In this document: piece by piece, positions 24,364-38,021 of the stretch | How the letters are laid out: every line of letters starts with the position of its first letter | Position numbering within the stretch: the stretch's first letter is position 1 | Source: Squalus acanthias | Lineage: Eukaryota | Length of the DNA stretch: 64,000 nt | Reading direction: 5' to 3' | Assembly (NCBI GenBank): GCA_030390025.1 | Contig: CM059430.1 | Location: 72,478,001-72,542,000 of the forward strand | Notes under the pieces: generated by a model | Databases searched by the model: none | Told to the model about the DNA's origin: nothing | What the model saw: the letters and a program-made list of their open reading frames with translations, nothing else | Position numbers and translations under genes: made by a program

Positions 24364-26438
24364 TTTAAAGGAACAGTGAGTAAGAGATTGGTGTGTAAAG
24401 GAACAGCGAGGGAGAAATAGGCGTGTAAAGTAACAGTAATTGTGAGATTTTCAGTGTAAAGGTACAGTGAGTGAGAGATTAGTGTGTAAAGGAACAGTGA
24501 GTGAGAGATTGGTGTGTAAAGGAACAGTGATTGAGAGATTGGGTTGTAAAGGAACAGTGAGTGAGAGATTGATGTGAAAAGGAACAGTGAGTGTGTGTTT
24601 GATGTGTAAAGGAACAGTGAGTGAGAGATTGTTGTGTAAAGGAACAGTGAGCGAGAGATTGCAGTTAAATGGGACACGAGTGAGAGATAGTTGTGTAAAG
24701 GGGCCGTGAGTGAGATTGGTGTGTAAAGGAACAGTGAGTGAGAGATTGTTGTGTAAAGGAACACGAGTGAGAGATAGTTGTGTAAAGTAGCAGTGAGTGA
24801 GAGATTGGTGAGTAAAGAAACATTGAGTGAGAGATTGGTGTGTAAAGGAACAGTGAGGGAGAGATTGGTGTGTAAAGGAACAGTGATGGAGAGATTGGTG
24901 TGTAAAGGAACAGTGAGTGAGAGATGGATGTGTAAAGGAACAGTGAATGAGAGATTGACGTGTAAAGTAACAGTGAGTGAGAAATTTATGTGTAAAGGAA
25001 CAGTGAGTGGGAGATTGGTGTGTGAAGGATGAGTGAGGGAGAAATAGGTGTGTAAGTAACAGTAATTGTGAGATTTTCAGTGTAAAGGTACAGTGAGTGA
25101 GAGATTGGTGTGTAAAGGAACAGTGATTGAGAGATTGGTGTGTAAAGGAACAGTGAGTAAGAGATTGGGTTGTAAAGGAACAGTGAGTCAGAGATTGATG
25201 TGTAAAGGAACAGTGAGTGAGAGATTGGTGTGTAAAGGAACAGTGAGTGAGAGATTGGTGTGTAAAGGAACAGTGAGTGACAGATTGATGTGTAAAGGAA
25301 TTGTGAGTGAGAGATAGTTGTGTAAAGGGGCAGTGAGTGAGAGATATGTGTATAAAGTAACAGGGAGTGTGAGATTTATACGTAAAGGAACAGCGAGTGA
25401 GAGATTGGTGTGTAAAGGAGAGTGAGTGAGAGATTGGTGTGTAAAGGAACAGTGAGTGAGAAATTGGTGTGTAAAGGAACAGTGAGTGAGAGACTGGTGT
25501 GTAAAGGAGCAGTGGATTAGAGATTGATGTGTAAAGGAACATTGAGTTAGTGATTGATGTGTAAAGGAACAGTGAGTAAGAGATTCGTGTGTAAAGGCAC
25601 ACGAGTGAGAGATTGGTGTGTAAAGGAACAGTGAGTGAGAGATTGGTGTGTAAAGGAACAGTGAGTGAGAGATTGGTGTGTAAAGGAACAGTGAGCTAGA
25701 GATTGATGTGTAAAGGAACATTGAGTGAGTGATTGATGTGTAAAGGAACAGTGAGTAAGAGATTGGTGTGTAAAGGCACACGAGTGTGAGATAGTTGTGT
25801 AAAGGGGCAGTGAGTGATAGATTGGTGTGTAAAGGAACAGTGAGTGAGAAATTGGTGTGTAAAGGAACAGTGAGTGAGAGATAGGTGTGTAAAGGAACAG
25901 TGAGTGAGAGATAGGTGTGTAAAGGAGCAGTGAGTTAGAGATAGGTGTGAAAAGGAATACTGAGTGAGAGATTGGTGTGTAAAGGAACAGTGAGTGAGAC
26001 ATTGATGTGCAAAGGAACACAAGTGAGAGATAGTTGTGTAAAGGAACAGTGAGTGAGAGATGTGTGTGTAAAGTAACAGTCAGTGGATACGGGTGTGTGT
26101 ATATTAACAGTGAGTGAGAGATGGGTGTGCATTGTAAGAGTGAGTGTGAGATCGGTGTGTAAAGTAGCACTGATTGAGAGATGTGTGTGTAAAGTAACAG
26201 TGAATGAGAGATGGGTGTGTAAAGTAACTAAAGTGAGGGATGGGTGTGAGACTCATAGTAATTAAGAGATGGATGTGTAAAAGAACAGTGAGTGAGAGAT
26301 GGATGTGTAAAGTAACAGTGAATGAGGGATAGGTGAGCAAAGGAATGGTGAGTGAGAGATGGGTGTGTAAATGAACTGTGGGTGAGAGAAGGGTGTGAGT
26401 CACAGTGAGTGAGAGATGAATGTTTAACAGAACATTGA

Positions 26439-27696
26439 TGCAGGTGCCGGTGTTGGACTGGGGTGGACAAAAGTGGGAAGTCGCCCAACACCAGGTGAAA
26501 GTCCAAGGGGTAGAAATTAGGTCGCGCCCCATTTGGGGCGCAAATATCGTCCGGACGCAAATATTAGCGCCTGGCGCTAATTATCGGCACTGACGGGAAA
26601 CTTCACTTTTACCGCCCCGGGAGGTGAGTGGATCGCTAAAGCAGGCGCTGCACACCTCTCTTAAGGCGCAAAGGCCGAGCAGTGAGGCGCTAACTCGGAG
26701 CGCTGGCGAAGCTCATGTAATGTCAGTCAGCAATGGAACACACACACAATGGCACGGGCCAGTTCTTAAAGGGGATGTTTAATCTTGCTTTCCATCCACA
26801 TCCTGTTCATTGCTGCCTTGAATCTCGGCCTGGAGAGACTTGCACATCAAATGTGCTGGAAAGAACAATGGAGAGCACCAGGCAAAGAGCTCAGAGTGCA
26901 GCTCCCACGGTCTCTGCTAAATCGATACAAGGAATGGCAAATCAAAATGAACCTGCAAAGTGCTGCTCAGTACCCAAAACTCCTTCACACAACGTTGAAT
27001 CTCTCCAGAAGTCTCTCCCTCTCTCTCTCAGAATGCGTAGTTCAAAAATGCCACCAACAATAAAAGAAAGGAAGAGGCCCCCTTTAAATAGCGCCCCCCC
27101 CCCCAGCCCCACAGCGATTGATAGCGTTCCAGTCTTCTGGTCGTTGGAAGCGCCAGGCGGTAAGGCAGGGGGCGTCACTCAATTTCCGCTACGGGGCGCC
27201 CCAAGGGCGTTGCACCATGGAATGACGTCACAATCTGCGCGCGCAGGTGGTCGCAGCGGTAAGTTTTAGCGCCGCCGCACAATCTCAAGTTAAGTTCTCG
27301 AGCGGCGCAAACATCGCTGCGCCCGGGCGTTAGCAGCTTTGCGCCCCATTAGCGCCCTCTTAAGGCGCTAACGGGTGGCACAACCAAGTGAATTTTTACC
27401 CCCAACAGTTTTATTTGAAATCCCAAGCTTTCGTAGCGGCTGCCCCTTCGTCAGGTGAAGTGAATGAATACGAATCGGCAAAGCATATATAGACAGAGAA
27501 CAATGCATGTGTATCGTACCATGTCAGACGACTACATTTAATCCTCCTGAATGCCTTTCATCACACCTCGGCAGAGAAACAATCAGGTCAGCCAGGAAGG
27601 CACCACATCAAATACATAACAAGATACAACTGAGACAATGAGGTGGGGTCACAGGGGGGTCTAATGTGTCAAATGCTGCAGTCTGTTTGGAAACTT
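26439..27696 (-). mobile_element. Hammerhead cassette copy 2, split by a DNA transposon insertion
   Basis: 26439-26506 and 27403-27696 join to give the cassette. Hammerhead motif at 27421-27458 (one stem II and one stem I mismatch). Confidence 0.8.
26507..27402. mobile_element. 896-bp non-autonomous PIF/Harbinger-like DNA transposon
   Basis: TIRs GGGGTAGAAATT / AATTTTTACCCC (11/12 match) and 3-bp TSD CAA (26504-26506, 27403-27405). The empty site GTCCAACAG is present in sister cassette copies. Confidence 0.88.
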
Positions 27697-30600
27697 TAAA
27701 GGAACAGTGAGCGAGAGATTGGTGTGTAAATGAACTGTGAGTGAGAGATTGTTGTGTAAAGGAACAGTGATTGAGAGATTGATGTGTAAAGGAACAGTGA
27801 GTCAGAGATAGGTTTGTAAAGGAACAGTGAGTGAGAGATTGGTGTGTAAAGGAACAGTGAGTGAGCGACAGGTGTGTAAAGGAAAAGTGAGTGAGCGATT
27901 GGTGTGAAAAGGGACAGTGAGTGACAGATTGATGTGTAAAGGAACAGTGAGTGAGAGATAGTTGTGTAAAGGGGCAGTGAGTGAGTGATATGTGTGTAAA
28001 CTAACAGTGAGTGAGAGATTTATAGGTAAAGGATCAGCGAGTGAGCGATTGGTGTGTAAAGGAACAGTGAGGGAGAGATAGGTGTGTAAAGGAACAGTGA
28101 GTGAGAGACTGGTGTGTAAAGGAACAGTGAGTTAGAAATAGGTGTGTAAAGGAACAGTGAGTGAGCGATTGGTGTGTAAAGGAACAGTGAGGGAGAAATA
28201 GGTGTGCAAAGTAACAGTAATTGAGATATTTTTAGTGTAAAGATACAGTGAGTGAGAGATTGGTGTGTAAAGGAACAGTGAGTGAGAGATTGGTGTGTAA
28301 AGGAACAGTGAGTGAGAGATTGGTGTGTAAAGGAACAGTGAGTGAGAGATTGGTGTGTAAAGGAACAGTGAGTGAGGGATTGGGTTGTAAAGGAACAGAG
28401 AGTGAGAGATTGGTGTGTAAAGGAACAGTGAGTGAGAGATTGGGTTGTAAAGGAACAGAGAGTGAGAGATTGGTGTGTGAAGGAACAGTGAGTGAGAGAT
28501 TGATGTGTAGAGGAACAGTGAGTGAGAGATTGGTGAGTAAAGGAACAGTGACCGAGAGATTGATGTGTAATGGAACATTGAGTGAGTGATTGATGTTTAA
28601 AGGAACAATGAGTAAGAGATTGTTGTGTGAAAGGAACACGTGTGAGAGATAGTTGCGTAAAGGGGCATTGAGTGATACATTGGTGTGTAAAGGAAAATTG
28701 AGTGAGAATTGGTGTGTAAAGGAACAGTGAGTGAGAGATAGGTGTGTAAAGGAACAGTGAATTAGAGATAGGTTTGTAAAGGAACACTGAGTGAGAGATT
28801 GGTGTGTAAAGATGCAGTGAGTGAGACATTGATGCGTAAAGGAACACGAGTGATAGATAGTTGAGTTAATGAACAGTGAGTGAGAGATAGTTGCGTAAAG
28901 GAACAGTGATTGAGAGATTGATGTGCAAAGGAAAAGGGAGTGAGAGATTGAAGTGTAAAGGAACAGTGAGGGAGAGATAGGTGTGTAAAGGAACAGCGAC
29001 TGAGAGACTGGTGTGTAAAGGAACAGTGAGTTAGAAATAGGTGTGTAAAGGAACAGTGAGTGAGAGATTGGTGTGTAAAGGAACAGTGAGTTAGAGATAG
29101 GTGTGTAAAGGAACACTGAGTTAGAGATTGGTGTGTAAAGGAACAGTAAGTGAGACATTGATGTGTAATGGAACACGAGTGAGTGTTTGATATGTAAAGG
29201 AACAGTGAGTGAGAGATTGTTGTGTAAAGGAACAGTGAGTGAGAGATTGCTGTTTAATGGGACACGAGTTAGAGATAGTTGTGTAAAGGGGCAGTGAGTG
29301 AGAGATTGGTTTGTAAAGGAAGAGTGAGTGAGAGTTTGTTGTGTAAAAGAACACGAGTGAGAGATAGTTGTGTAAAGGGGCAGTGAGTGAGAGATTGGTG
29401 TGTAAAGGAACAGTGAGTGAGAGATTGTTGTGTAAAGTATCACGAGTATGAGATAGTTATGTAAAGGAGCAGTGAGTGAGAGATTGGTGTGTAAAGGAAA
29501 TGTGAGTGAGAGACTGGTGTGAAAGGAACAGTGAGTGAGAGATTGGTGTGTAAAGGAACAGTGAGTGAGAGATTGGTGTGTAAAGGATCAGTGAGTGAGA
29601 GATTGATGTGTAAAGGAACAGTGAGTGAGAGATAGGTGTGTAAAGGAACAGTGAGGGAGAAATAGGTGTGTAAAGTAACAGTAATTGAGAGACATTTAGT
29701 GTAAAGGTACAGTGAGTGAGAGATTGGTGTGCAAAGGAAAAGTGAGTGAGTGATTGGTGTGTAAAGGAACAGTGAGTGCCAGATTGGGTTGTAAAGGAAC
29801 AGTGAGTCAGAGATTGATGTGTAAAGGAACAGTGAGTGAGAGATAGTTGTGTAAAGGAACAGTGATTGAGAGTTTGATGTGCAACGGAACAGTGAGTGAG
29901 AGATTGATGTGTAAAGGAACAGTGAGCGAGAGTTTGACGTGTAAAGGAACAGTGAGTGAGAGATTGTTGTGTAAAGTAACACGAGTGAGAGATAGTTGTG
30001 TAAAGGGGCAGTGAGTGAGAGAGTGGCGTGTAAAGGAACAGTGAGTGAGAGATTTATGTGTAAAGGAACAGAGAGTGAGAGATAGGTGTGTAAAGGAACA
30101 GTGAGTGAGAGATTGGTGTGTAAAGGAACAGTGAGTGAGAGATTGGTGTGTAAAGGAACAGTGAGTGAGAGATTGGTGCGTAAAGGAACAGTGATGGGGA
30201 GATTGGTGTGTAAAGGAACAGTGAGTGAGAGATTGGTGTGTAAAGGAACAGTCAGTCAGAGATTGATGTGTAACGGAACAGTGAGTGAGAGATTGGTGTG
30301 TAAAGGAACAGTGAGTCAGAGATTGGTTTGTAAAGGAACAGTGAGGGAGAGATGGGTGTGAGACTTACAGTGAGTGAGACAATGGTGTGTAAACAAACAG
30401 TGAGTGTGGGATGGGTGTGAGAATCACAGTGAGTCAGACACGGTGTGTGATTAACAGTGAGTAAGAGATGGATGTGTAGAGGAACGGTGAGTGAGAGATG
30501 GGTGTGCAAATTAACAGTGAGTGAGAAATGGGTGTGTAATGTAGCAATGATCGAGAGATTGGTGTGTAAAGGCACAGTGAGTGAGCGATTGGTGTGTAAA

Positions 30601-31056
30601 TGAAGAGTGAGTTAGAGATGACTGTGTAAAGTAACAGTGAGTGAGAGATCGGTGTGTAAAGTAATAGTGAGTGAGAGATGTGTGTGTAAAGTAACAGTCA
30701 GTGGATATGGGTGTGTGTATATTAACAGTGAGTGAGAGATGGGTGTGCATTGTAAGAGTGAGTGTGAGATCGGTGTGTAAAGTAGCACTGATTGAGAGAT
30801 GTGTGTGTAAAGTAACAGTGAATGAGAGATGGGTGTGTAAAGTAACTTAAGTGAGGGATGGGTGTGAGACTCATAGTAATTAAGAGATCGATGTGTAAAA
30901 GAACAGTGAGTGAGAGATGGATGTGTAAAGTAACAGTGAGTGAGGGATAGTTGTCCAAAGGAATTGTGAGTGAGAGATGGGTGTGTAAATGAACTGTGGG
31001 TGAGAGAAGGGTGTGAGTCACTGTGAGTGAGAGATGAATGTTTAACGGAACAGTGA

Positions 31057-31437
31057 AGCGGAGATGCCGGTGTTGGACTGGGGTGGACAAAAGTGGGAAG
31101 TCGCCCAACACCAGGTTATAGTCCAACAGTTTTATTTGAAATCCCAAGCTTTCGGAGCGGCTGCCCCTTCGTCAGGTGAAGTGAAGGAATACGAATCGGC
31201 AAAGCATATATAGAGAGAGAACAATGCATGTGTAGCATACCATGTCAGACGACTACATTTAATCCTCCTGAATGCCATTCATCACACCTCGGCAGAGAAA
31301 CAATCAGGTCAGCCAGGAAGGCACCACATCAAATACATAGCAAGATCAACTGAGACAATGAGGTGGGGTCACAGGGGGTCTAATGTGTCAAATGCTGCAG
31401 TCTGTATGGAAAACCATAAACTTTAAAATTTAAACTT
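31057..31437 (-). mobile_element. Hammerhead cassette copy 3
   Basis: Near-identical to copy 1, with the same satellite flanks. Confidence 0.8.
31142..31179 (-). ncRNA. Minimal type-I hammerhead ribozyme motif
   Basis: TCAC-CTGACGA-A-GGGGC-AGCC-GCTCC-GAAA-GC-TT-GGGA: stem II intact, one mismatch in stem I. Confidence 0.7.
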
Positions 31438-33450
31438 TAAAGGAACAGTGAGTAAGAGATTGGTGTGTAAAGGAACAGTGAGCGAGAGATTGGTGTGTAA
31501 AGGAACAGTGAGTGAGAAATTGGTGTGTAAAGGAAGTGAGTGAGATTTAGGTGTGTGAAGGAACAGTGATTGAGAGATTAATGTTTCAAGGAACAGTGAG
31601 TCAGAGATAGGTTTGTAAAGGAACAGTGAGTGATAGATTGGTGTGTAGTGTAACAGTGAGTGAGCGACAGTTGTGTAAAGGAACAGTGAGTGAGCGATTG
31701 GTGTGTAAAGGGACAGTGAGTTAGAGATTGATATGTAAAGGAACAGTGAGTGAGAGATTGGTGTGTAAAGGAACAGTGATTGATAGATAGATGTGTAAAG
31801 GAACAGTGAGTGAGAGATTGGTGTGTAAAGGAACAGTGAGTTAGAAATAGGTGTGAAAAGGAACAGTAAGTGAGGGATTGGTGTGTAAAGGAACAGTGAG
31901 TGAGAAATTGTTCTGTAAAGAAACAGTGAGTGAGTGATAGGTGTGTAAAGGAACAGTGAATGCGAGATTGGTGTTTAAAGCAACAGTGAGTTAGAGATAG
32001 GGGTGTAAAGGAACACGAGTGAGGGACAGTTGTGTAAAGGAACAATGAGTGAGAGATTGGTGTGTAAAGGAACAATGAGTGAGAGATGGGTGTGTAAAGG
32101 AACAGTGAGTGAGAGATTGCTGTTTAATGGGACACGAGTGAGAGATAGTTGTGTAAAGGGGCAGTGAGTGAGAGATTGATGTGTGGAGGAAGTGAGTGAG
32201 AGATTGTTGTGCAAAAAAACACAAGTGAGAGATAGTTGTGTAAAGGGGCAGTGAGTGAGTAATTGGTGTGTAAAGGAACAGTGAGTGAGAGATTGGCGTG
32301 TACAGGATCAGTGAGTGAGAGATTGGTGTTTAAAGGAACAGTGAGTGAGAGACTGGTCTGTAAAGAAAATGTGAGTGAGAGATTGATGTGTAAAGGAACA
32401 GTGAGTGAGAGATTGAAGTGTAAAGTAACAGTGAGTGAGAGATTTATGTGTAAAGGAACAGTGAGTAAGAGATTGTTGTGTGAAGGAACACGTGTGAGAG
32501 ATAGTTGTGTTAAGGGTCAGTGAGTGATACATTGGTGTGTAAAGGACAAGTGAGTGAGAAATTGGTGTGTAAAGGAACAGTGAGTGAGAGATTGGTGTGT
32601 AAAGGAGCAGTGAATTAGAGATAGGTGTGTAAAGGAACACTGAGTGAGAGATTGGTGTGTAAAGGAACAGTGAGTGAGACATTGATGCGTAAAGGAACAC
32701 GAGTGATAGATAGTTGTGTAAAGGAACAGTGAGCGAGAGTTTGACGTGTAAAGGAACAGTGAGTGAGAGATTGTTGTGTAAAGGAACACGAGTGAGAGAT
32801 AGTTGTGTAAAGGGGCAATGAGTGAGAGATTGGTGTGTAAAGGAACAGTGAGTGAGAGATTTATGTGTAAAGGCACAGTGAGAGAAAGATAGGTGTGTAA
32901 AGGAACAGTGAGTGAGAGATTGCTGTGTAAAGGAACAGTGAGGGAGAAATAGGCGTGTAAAGTCACAGTAATTGAGAGATTTTTAGTGTAAAGATACAGT
33001 GAGTGAGAGATTGGTGTGCAAAGGAACAGTGAGTGAGAGATTGGTGTGTAAAGGAACAGTGAGTGAGAGATTGGTGTGTAAAGGAACAGTGAGTTAGAGA
33101 TTGGTGTGTAAAGGAACAGTGAATGAGAGATTGGGTTGTAAAGGAACAGTGAGTGAGAGATGTGTGTGTAAAGTAACAGTCAGTGGATATGGGTGTGTGT
33201 ATATTAATAGTGAGTGAGAGATGGGTGTGCATTGCAAGAGTTAACGTGAGATCGGTGTGTAAAGTAGCACTGATTGAGACATGTGTGTGTAAAGTAACAG
33301 TGAGTGAGAGATGGATGTGTAAAGTAACAGTGAGTGAGGGATAGGTGTGCAAAGGAATTGTGAGTGAGTGATGGGTGTGTAAATGAACTGTGGGTGAGAG
33401 AAGGGGGTGAGTCACAGTGATTGAGAAATGAATGTTTAACGGAACAGTGA

Positions 33451-33831
33451 TGCGGAGATGCCGGTGTTGGACTGGGGTGGACAAAAGTGAGAAGTCGTCC
33501 AACACCAGGTTATAGTCTAACAGTTTTATTTGAAATCCCAAGCTTTCGGAGCGGCTGCCCCTTCGTCAGGTGAAGTGAAGGAATACGAATCGGCAAAGCA
33601 TATACAGACAGAGAACAATGCATGTGTAGCGGACAATGTCAGACGACTACATTTAATCCTCTTGACTACCTTTCATCACACCTCGGCAGAGAAACAATCA
33701 GGTTAGCCAGGAAGGCACCACATCAAATACATAGCAAGATCAACTGAGACAATGAGGTGGGGTCACAGGGGGTCTAATGTGTCAAATGCTGCAGTCTGTA
33801 TGGAAAACCATAAACTTTAAAATTTAAACTT
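33451..33831 (-). mobile_element. Hammerhead cassette copy 4
   Basis: Near-identical to copies 3 and 5. Confidence 0.8.
33536..33573 (-). ncRNA. Minimal type-I hammerhead ribozyme motif
   Basis: Same motif as 31142-31179. Confidence 0.7.
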
Positions 33832-36800
33832 TAAAGGAACAGTGAGTAAGAGATTGGTTTGTAAAGGAACAGTGAGCGAGAGATTGGTGTGTAAAGGAAC
33901 AGTGAGTGAGAAATTGGTGTGTAAAAAAGTGAGTGAGATTTAGGTGTGTGAAGGAACAGTGATTGAGAGATTAATGTTTCAAGGAACAGTGAGTCAGAGA
34001 TAGGTTTGTAAAGGAACAGTAAATGATAGATTGGTGTGTAGAGGAACAGTGAGTGAGCGACAGGTGTGTAAAGGAACATTGAGTGAGCGATTGGTGTGTA
34101 AAGGGACAGTGAGTTAGAGATTGATATGTAAAGGAACAGTGAGTGAGAGATTGGTGTGTAAAGGAACAGTGAGTGAGAAATTGTTCTGTAAAGGAACAGT
34201 GAGTGAGTGATAGGTGTGTAAAGGAACAGAGAATGCAAGATTGGTGTTTAAAGGAACAGTGAGTTAAAGATAGGGGTGTAAAGGAACACTGAATGAGAGA
34301 TTGTTGTGTAAAGGAACAGTGAGTGAGACATTGATGTGTAAAGGAACACGAGTGAGAGACAGTTGTGTAAAGGAACAATGAGTGAGAGATTGGTGTGTAA
34401 AGGAACAGTGAGTGAGAGATTGATGTGTAAAGGAACAGTGAGTGAGTGTTTGATGTGTAAAGGAACAATGAGTGAGAGATGGGTGTGTAAAGGAACGGTA
34501 AGTGAGAGATTGCTGTTTAATGGGACACGAGTGAGAGATAGTTGTGTAAAGGGGCAGTGAGTGAGAGATTGATGTGTGAAGGAAGTGAGTGAGAGATTGT
34601 TGTGTAAAAGAACACAAGTGAGAGATAGTTGTGTAAAGGGGGAGTGAGTGAGAGATTGGTGTGTAAAGGAACAGTGAGTGAGAGATTGTTGTGTAAAGGA
34701 ACACGAGTGAGAGATAGTTGTGTAAAGGAGCAGTGAGTGAGAGATTGGTGTGTAAAAGAAGAGTGAGTGAGAGATTGGTGTGTAAAGGGACAGTGAGTGA
34801 GAGACTGGTCTGTAAAGAACATGTGAGTGAGAGATTGATGTGTAAAGGAACAGTGAGTGAGAGATTGACGTGTAAAGTAACAGTGAGTGAGAGATTTATG
34901 TGTAAAGGAGCAGTGAGTGAGAGATAGGTGTGTAAAGGAACAGTGAGTGAGAGATTGGTGTTTAAAGGAACAGTGAGGGAGAAATAGGTGTGTAAAGTAA
35001 CAGTAATTGAGAGAGTTTTAGTGTAAAGGTACAGTGAGTGAGAGATTGGTGTGTAAAGGAACAGTGAGTGAGAGATTGGTGTGTAAAGCAACTGTGAGTG
35101 AGAGATTGGTGTGTAATGGAACAGTGAGTGTCAGATTGGTGCGTAAAGGATCAGTGATTGAGAGATTGTTGTGTAAAGGAACAGTGACTGAGAGATTGGG
35201 TTGTAAAGGAACAGTGAATCAGAGATTGATGTGTAAAGGAACAGTGAGTGAGAGATTGGTGTCTAAAGGAACAGTGAGTGAATAATTGGTGTGTAAAGGA
35301 ACAGTGAGTGACAGATTGATGTGTAAAGGAACAGTGAGTGAGAGATAGTTGTGTAAAGGGGCAGTAAGTGAGAGATATGTGTGTAAAGTAACAGGGAGTG
35401 AGAGATTAATACGTAAAGGAACAGTGAGTGAGAGATTGGTGTGTAAAGGAACAGTGAGTGAGAGATTGGTGTGTAAAGAACAGTGAGTGAGAGATTGGTG
35501 TGTAAAGGAACAGTGAGCGAGAGATTGGGTTGTAAAGGAACAGAGAGTGAGAGATTGGTGTGTAAAGGAACAGTGATTGAGAGATTGATGTGTAAAGGAA
35601 CAGTGACTGAGAGCGTGATGTGTATAGGAACAGTGAATGAGTGAATGATGTGTAAAGGAACAGTGAGTAAGAGATTGTTGTGTGAAGGAACACGAGTGAG
35701 AGATAGTAGATTAAAGGGGCAGTGAGTGATACATTGATGTGTAAAGGAATTGTGAGTGAGAGATAGGTGTGTAAAGGAACAGTGATTGAGAGATTGGTGT
35801 GTAAAGGAACAGTGAGTGAGACATTGATGCGTAAAGGAACACGAGTGAGAGATAGTTGTGTTAATGAACAGTGAGTGAGAGATTGATGTGCAAAGGAAAA
35901 GTGAGTGAGAGATTGATGTGTAAAGGAACAGTGACCGAGAGTTTGACGTGTAAAGGAACAGTGAGTGAGAGATTGTTGTGTAAAGGAACACGAGTGAGAG
36001 ATAGTTGTGTAAAGCGGCAGTGAGTGAGAGATTGGTGTGTAAAGGAACAGTCAGTGAGCGATTTATGTGTAAAGGAACAGTGAGAGAAAGATAGGTGTGT
36101 AAAGGAACAGTGAGTGAGCGATTGGTGTGTAAAGGAACAGTGAGGGAGAAATAGGTGTGCAAAGTAACAGTAATTGAGACATTTTTAGTGTAAAGATACA
36201 GTGAGTGAGAGATTGGTGTGTAAAGGAACAGTGAGTGAGAGATTGGTGTGTAAAGGAACAGTGAGCGAGAGATTGGTGTGTAAAGGAACAGTGAGTGAGA
36301 GATTGGTGTGTAAAGGAACAGTGAGTGAGGGATTGGCTTGTAAAGGAACAGAGAGTGAGAGATTGGTGTGTAAAGGAACAGTGAGTGAGAGATTGGGTTG
36401 TAAAGGAACAGAGAGTGAGAGATTGGTGTGTGAAGGAACAGTGAGTGAGAGATTGATGTGTAGAGGAACAGTGAGTGAGAGATTGGTGAGTAAAGGAACA
36501 GTGACCGAGAGATTGATGTGTAATGGAACTTTGAGTGAGTGATTGATGTTTAAAGGAACAGTGAGTAAGAGATTGTTGTGTGAAAGGAACACGTGTGAGA
36601 GATAGTTGTGTAAAGGGGCATTGAGTGATACATTGGTGTGTAAAGGAAAATTGAGTGAGAATTGGTGTGTAAAGGAACAGTGAGTGAGAGATAGGTGTGT
36701 AAAGGAACAGTGAATTAGAGATAGGTTTGTAAAGGAACACTGAGTGAGAGATTGGTGTGTAAAGAAGCAGTGAGTGAGACATTGATGCGTAAAGGAACAC

Positions 36801-37640
36801 GAGTGATAGATAGTTGAGTTAATGAACAGTGAGTGAGAGATAGTTGCGTAAAGGAACAGTGATTGAGAGATTGATGTGCAAAGGAAAAGGGAGTGAGAGA
36901 TTGAAGTGTAAAGGAACAGTGAGTGAGAGATTGACGTGTAAAGGAACAGTGAGTGAGAGATTGTTGTGTAAAGGAACACGAGTGAGAGATAGTTGTGTAA
37001 AGGGGTAATGAGTGAGAGATTGGTGTGTAAAGGAACAGTGAGTGAGAGATTTATGTGTAAAGGAACAGTAAGAGAAATATAGGTGTGTAAAGGAACAGTG
37101 AGTGAGAGATTGGTGTGTAAAGGAACAGTGAGGGAGGAATAGGCATGTAAAGTAACAGTAATTGAGAGATTTTTAGTGTAAAGATACAGTGAGTGAGAAA
37201 TTGGTGTGCAAAGGAACAGTGAGTGAGAGATTGGTGTGTAAAGCAACAGTGAATGAGAGATTGGTGTGTAAAGGAACAGTGAGTTAGAGTTTGGTGTGTA
37301 AAGGAACAGTGAATGAGAGATTGGGTTGTAAAGGAACAGTGAGTGAGAGATGTGTGTGTAAAGTAACAGTCAGTGGATATGGGTGTGTGTATATTAATAG
37401 TGAGTGAGAGATGGGTGTGCATTGCATGAGTTAATGTGAGATCGGTGTGTAAAGTAGCACTGATTGAGACATGTGTGTGTAAAGTAACAGTGAGTGAGAG
37501 ATGGATGTGTAAAGTAACAGTGAGTGAGAGATAGGTGTGCAAAGGAATTGTGAGTGAGTGATGGGTGTGTAAATGAACTGTGGGTGAGAGAAGGGGGTGA
37601 GTCACAGTGATTGAGAAATGAATGTTTAACGGAACAGTGA

Positions 37641-38021
37641 TGCGGAGATGCCGGTGTTGGACTGGGGTGGACAAAAGTGAGAAGTCGCACAACACCAGGT
37701 TATAGTCTAACAGTTTTATTTGAAATCCCAAGCTTTCGGAGCGGCTGCCCCTTCGTCAGGTGAAGTGAAGGAATACGAATCGGCAAAGCATATATAGACA
37801 GAGAACAATGCATGTGTAGCGGACAATGTCAGACGACTACATTTAATCCTCTTGACTACCTTTCATCACACCTCGGCAGAGAAACAATCAGGTTAGCCAG
37901 GAAGGCACCACATCAAATACATAGCAAGATCAACTGAGACAATGAGGTGGGGTCACAGGGGGTCTAATGTGTCAAATGCTGCAGTCTGTATGGAAAACCA
38001 TAAACTTTAAAATTTAAACTT
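37641..38021 (-). mobile_element. Hammerhead cassette copy 5
   Basis: Duplicate of copy 4, offset by 4190 bp together with its flanking satellite. Confidence 0.8.
37726..37763 (-). ncRNA. Minimal type-I hammerhead ribozyme motif
   Basis: Same motif as 31142-31179. Confidence 0.7.

Noticed and set aside
26733-27269. 178-aa ORF inside the Harbinger-like insert
   Set aside because: No recognisable DDE transposase or Myb/SANT motif, so likely a chance ORF in GC-rich sequence.
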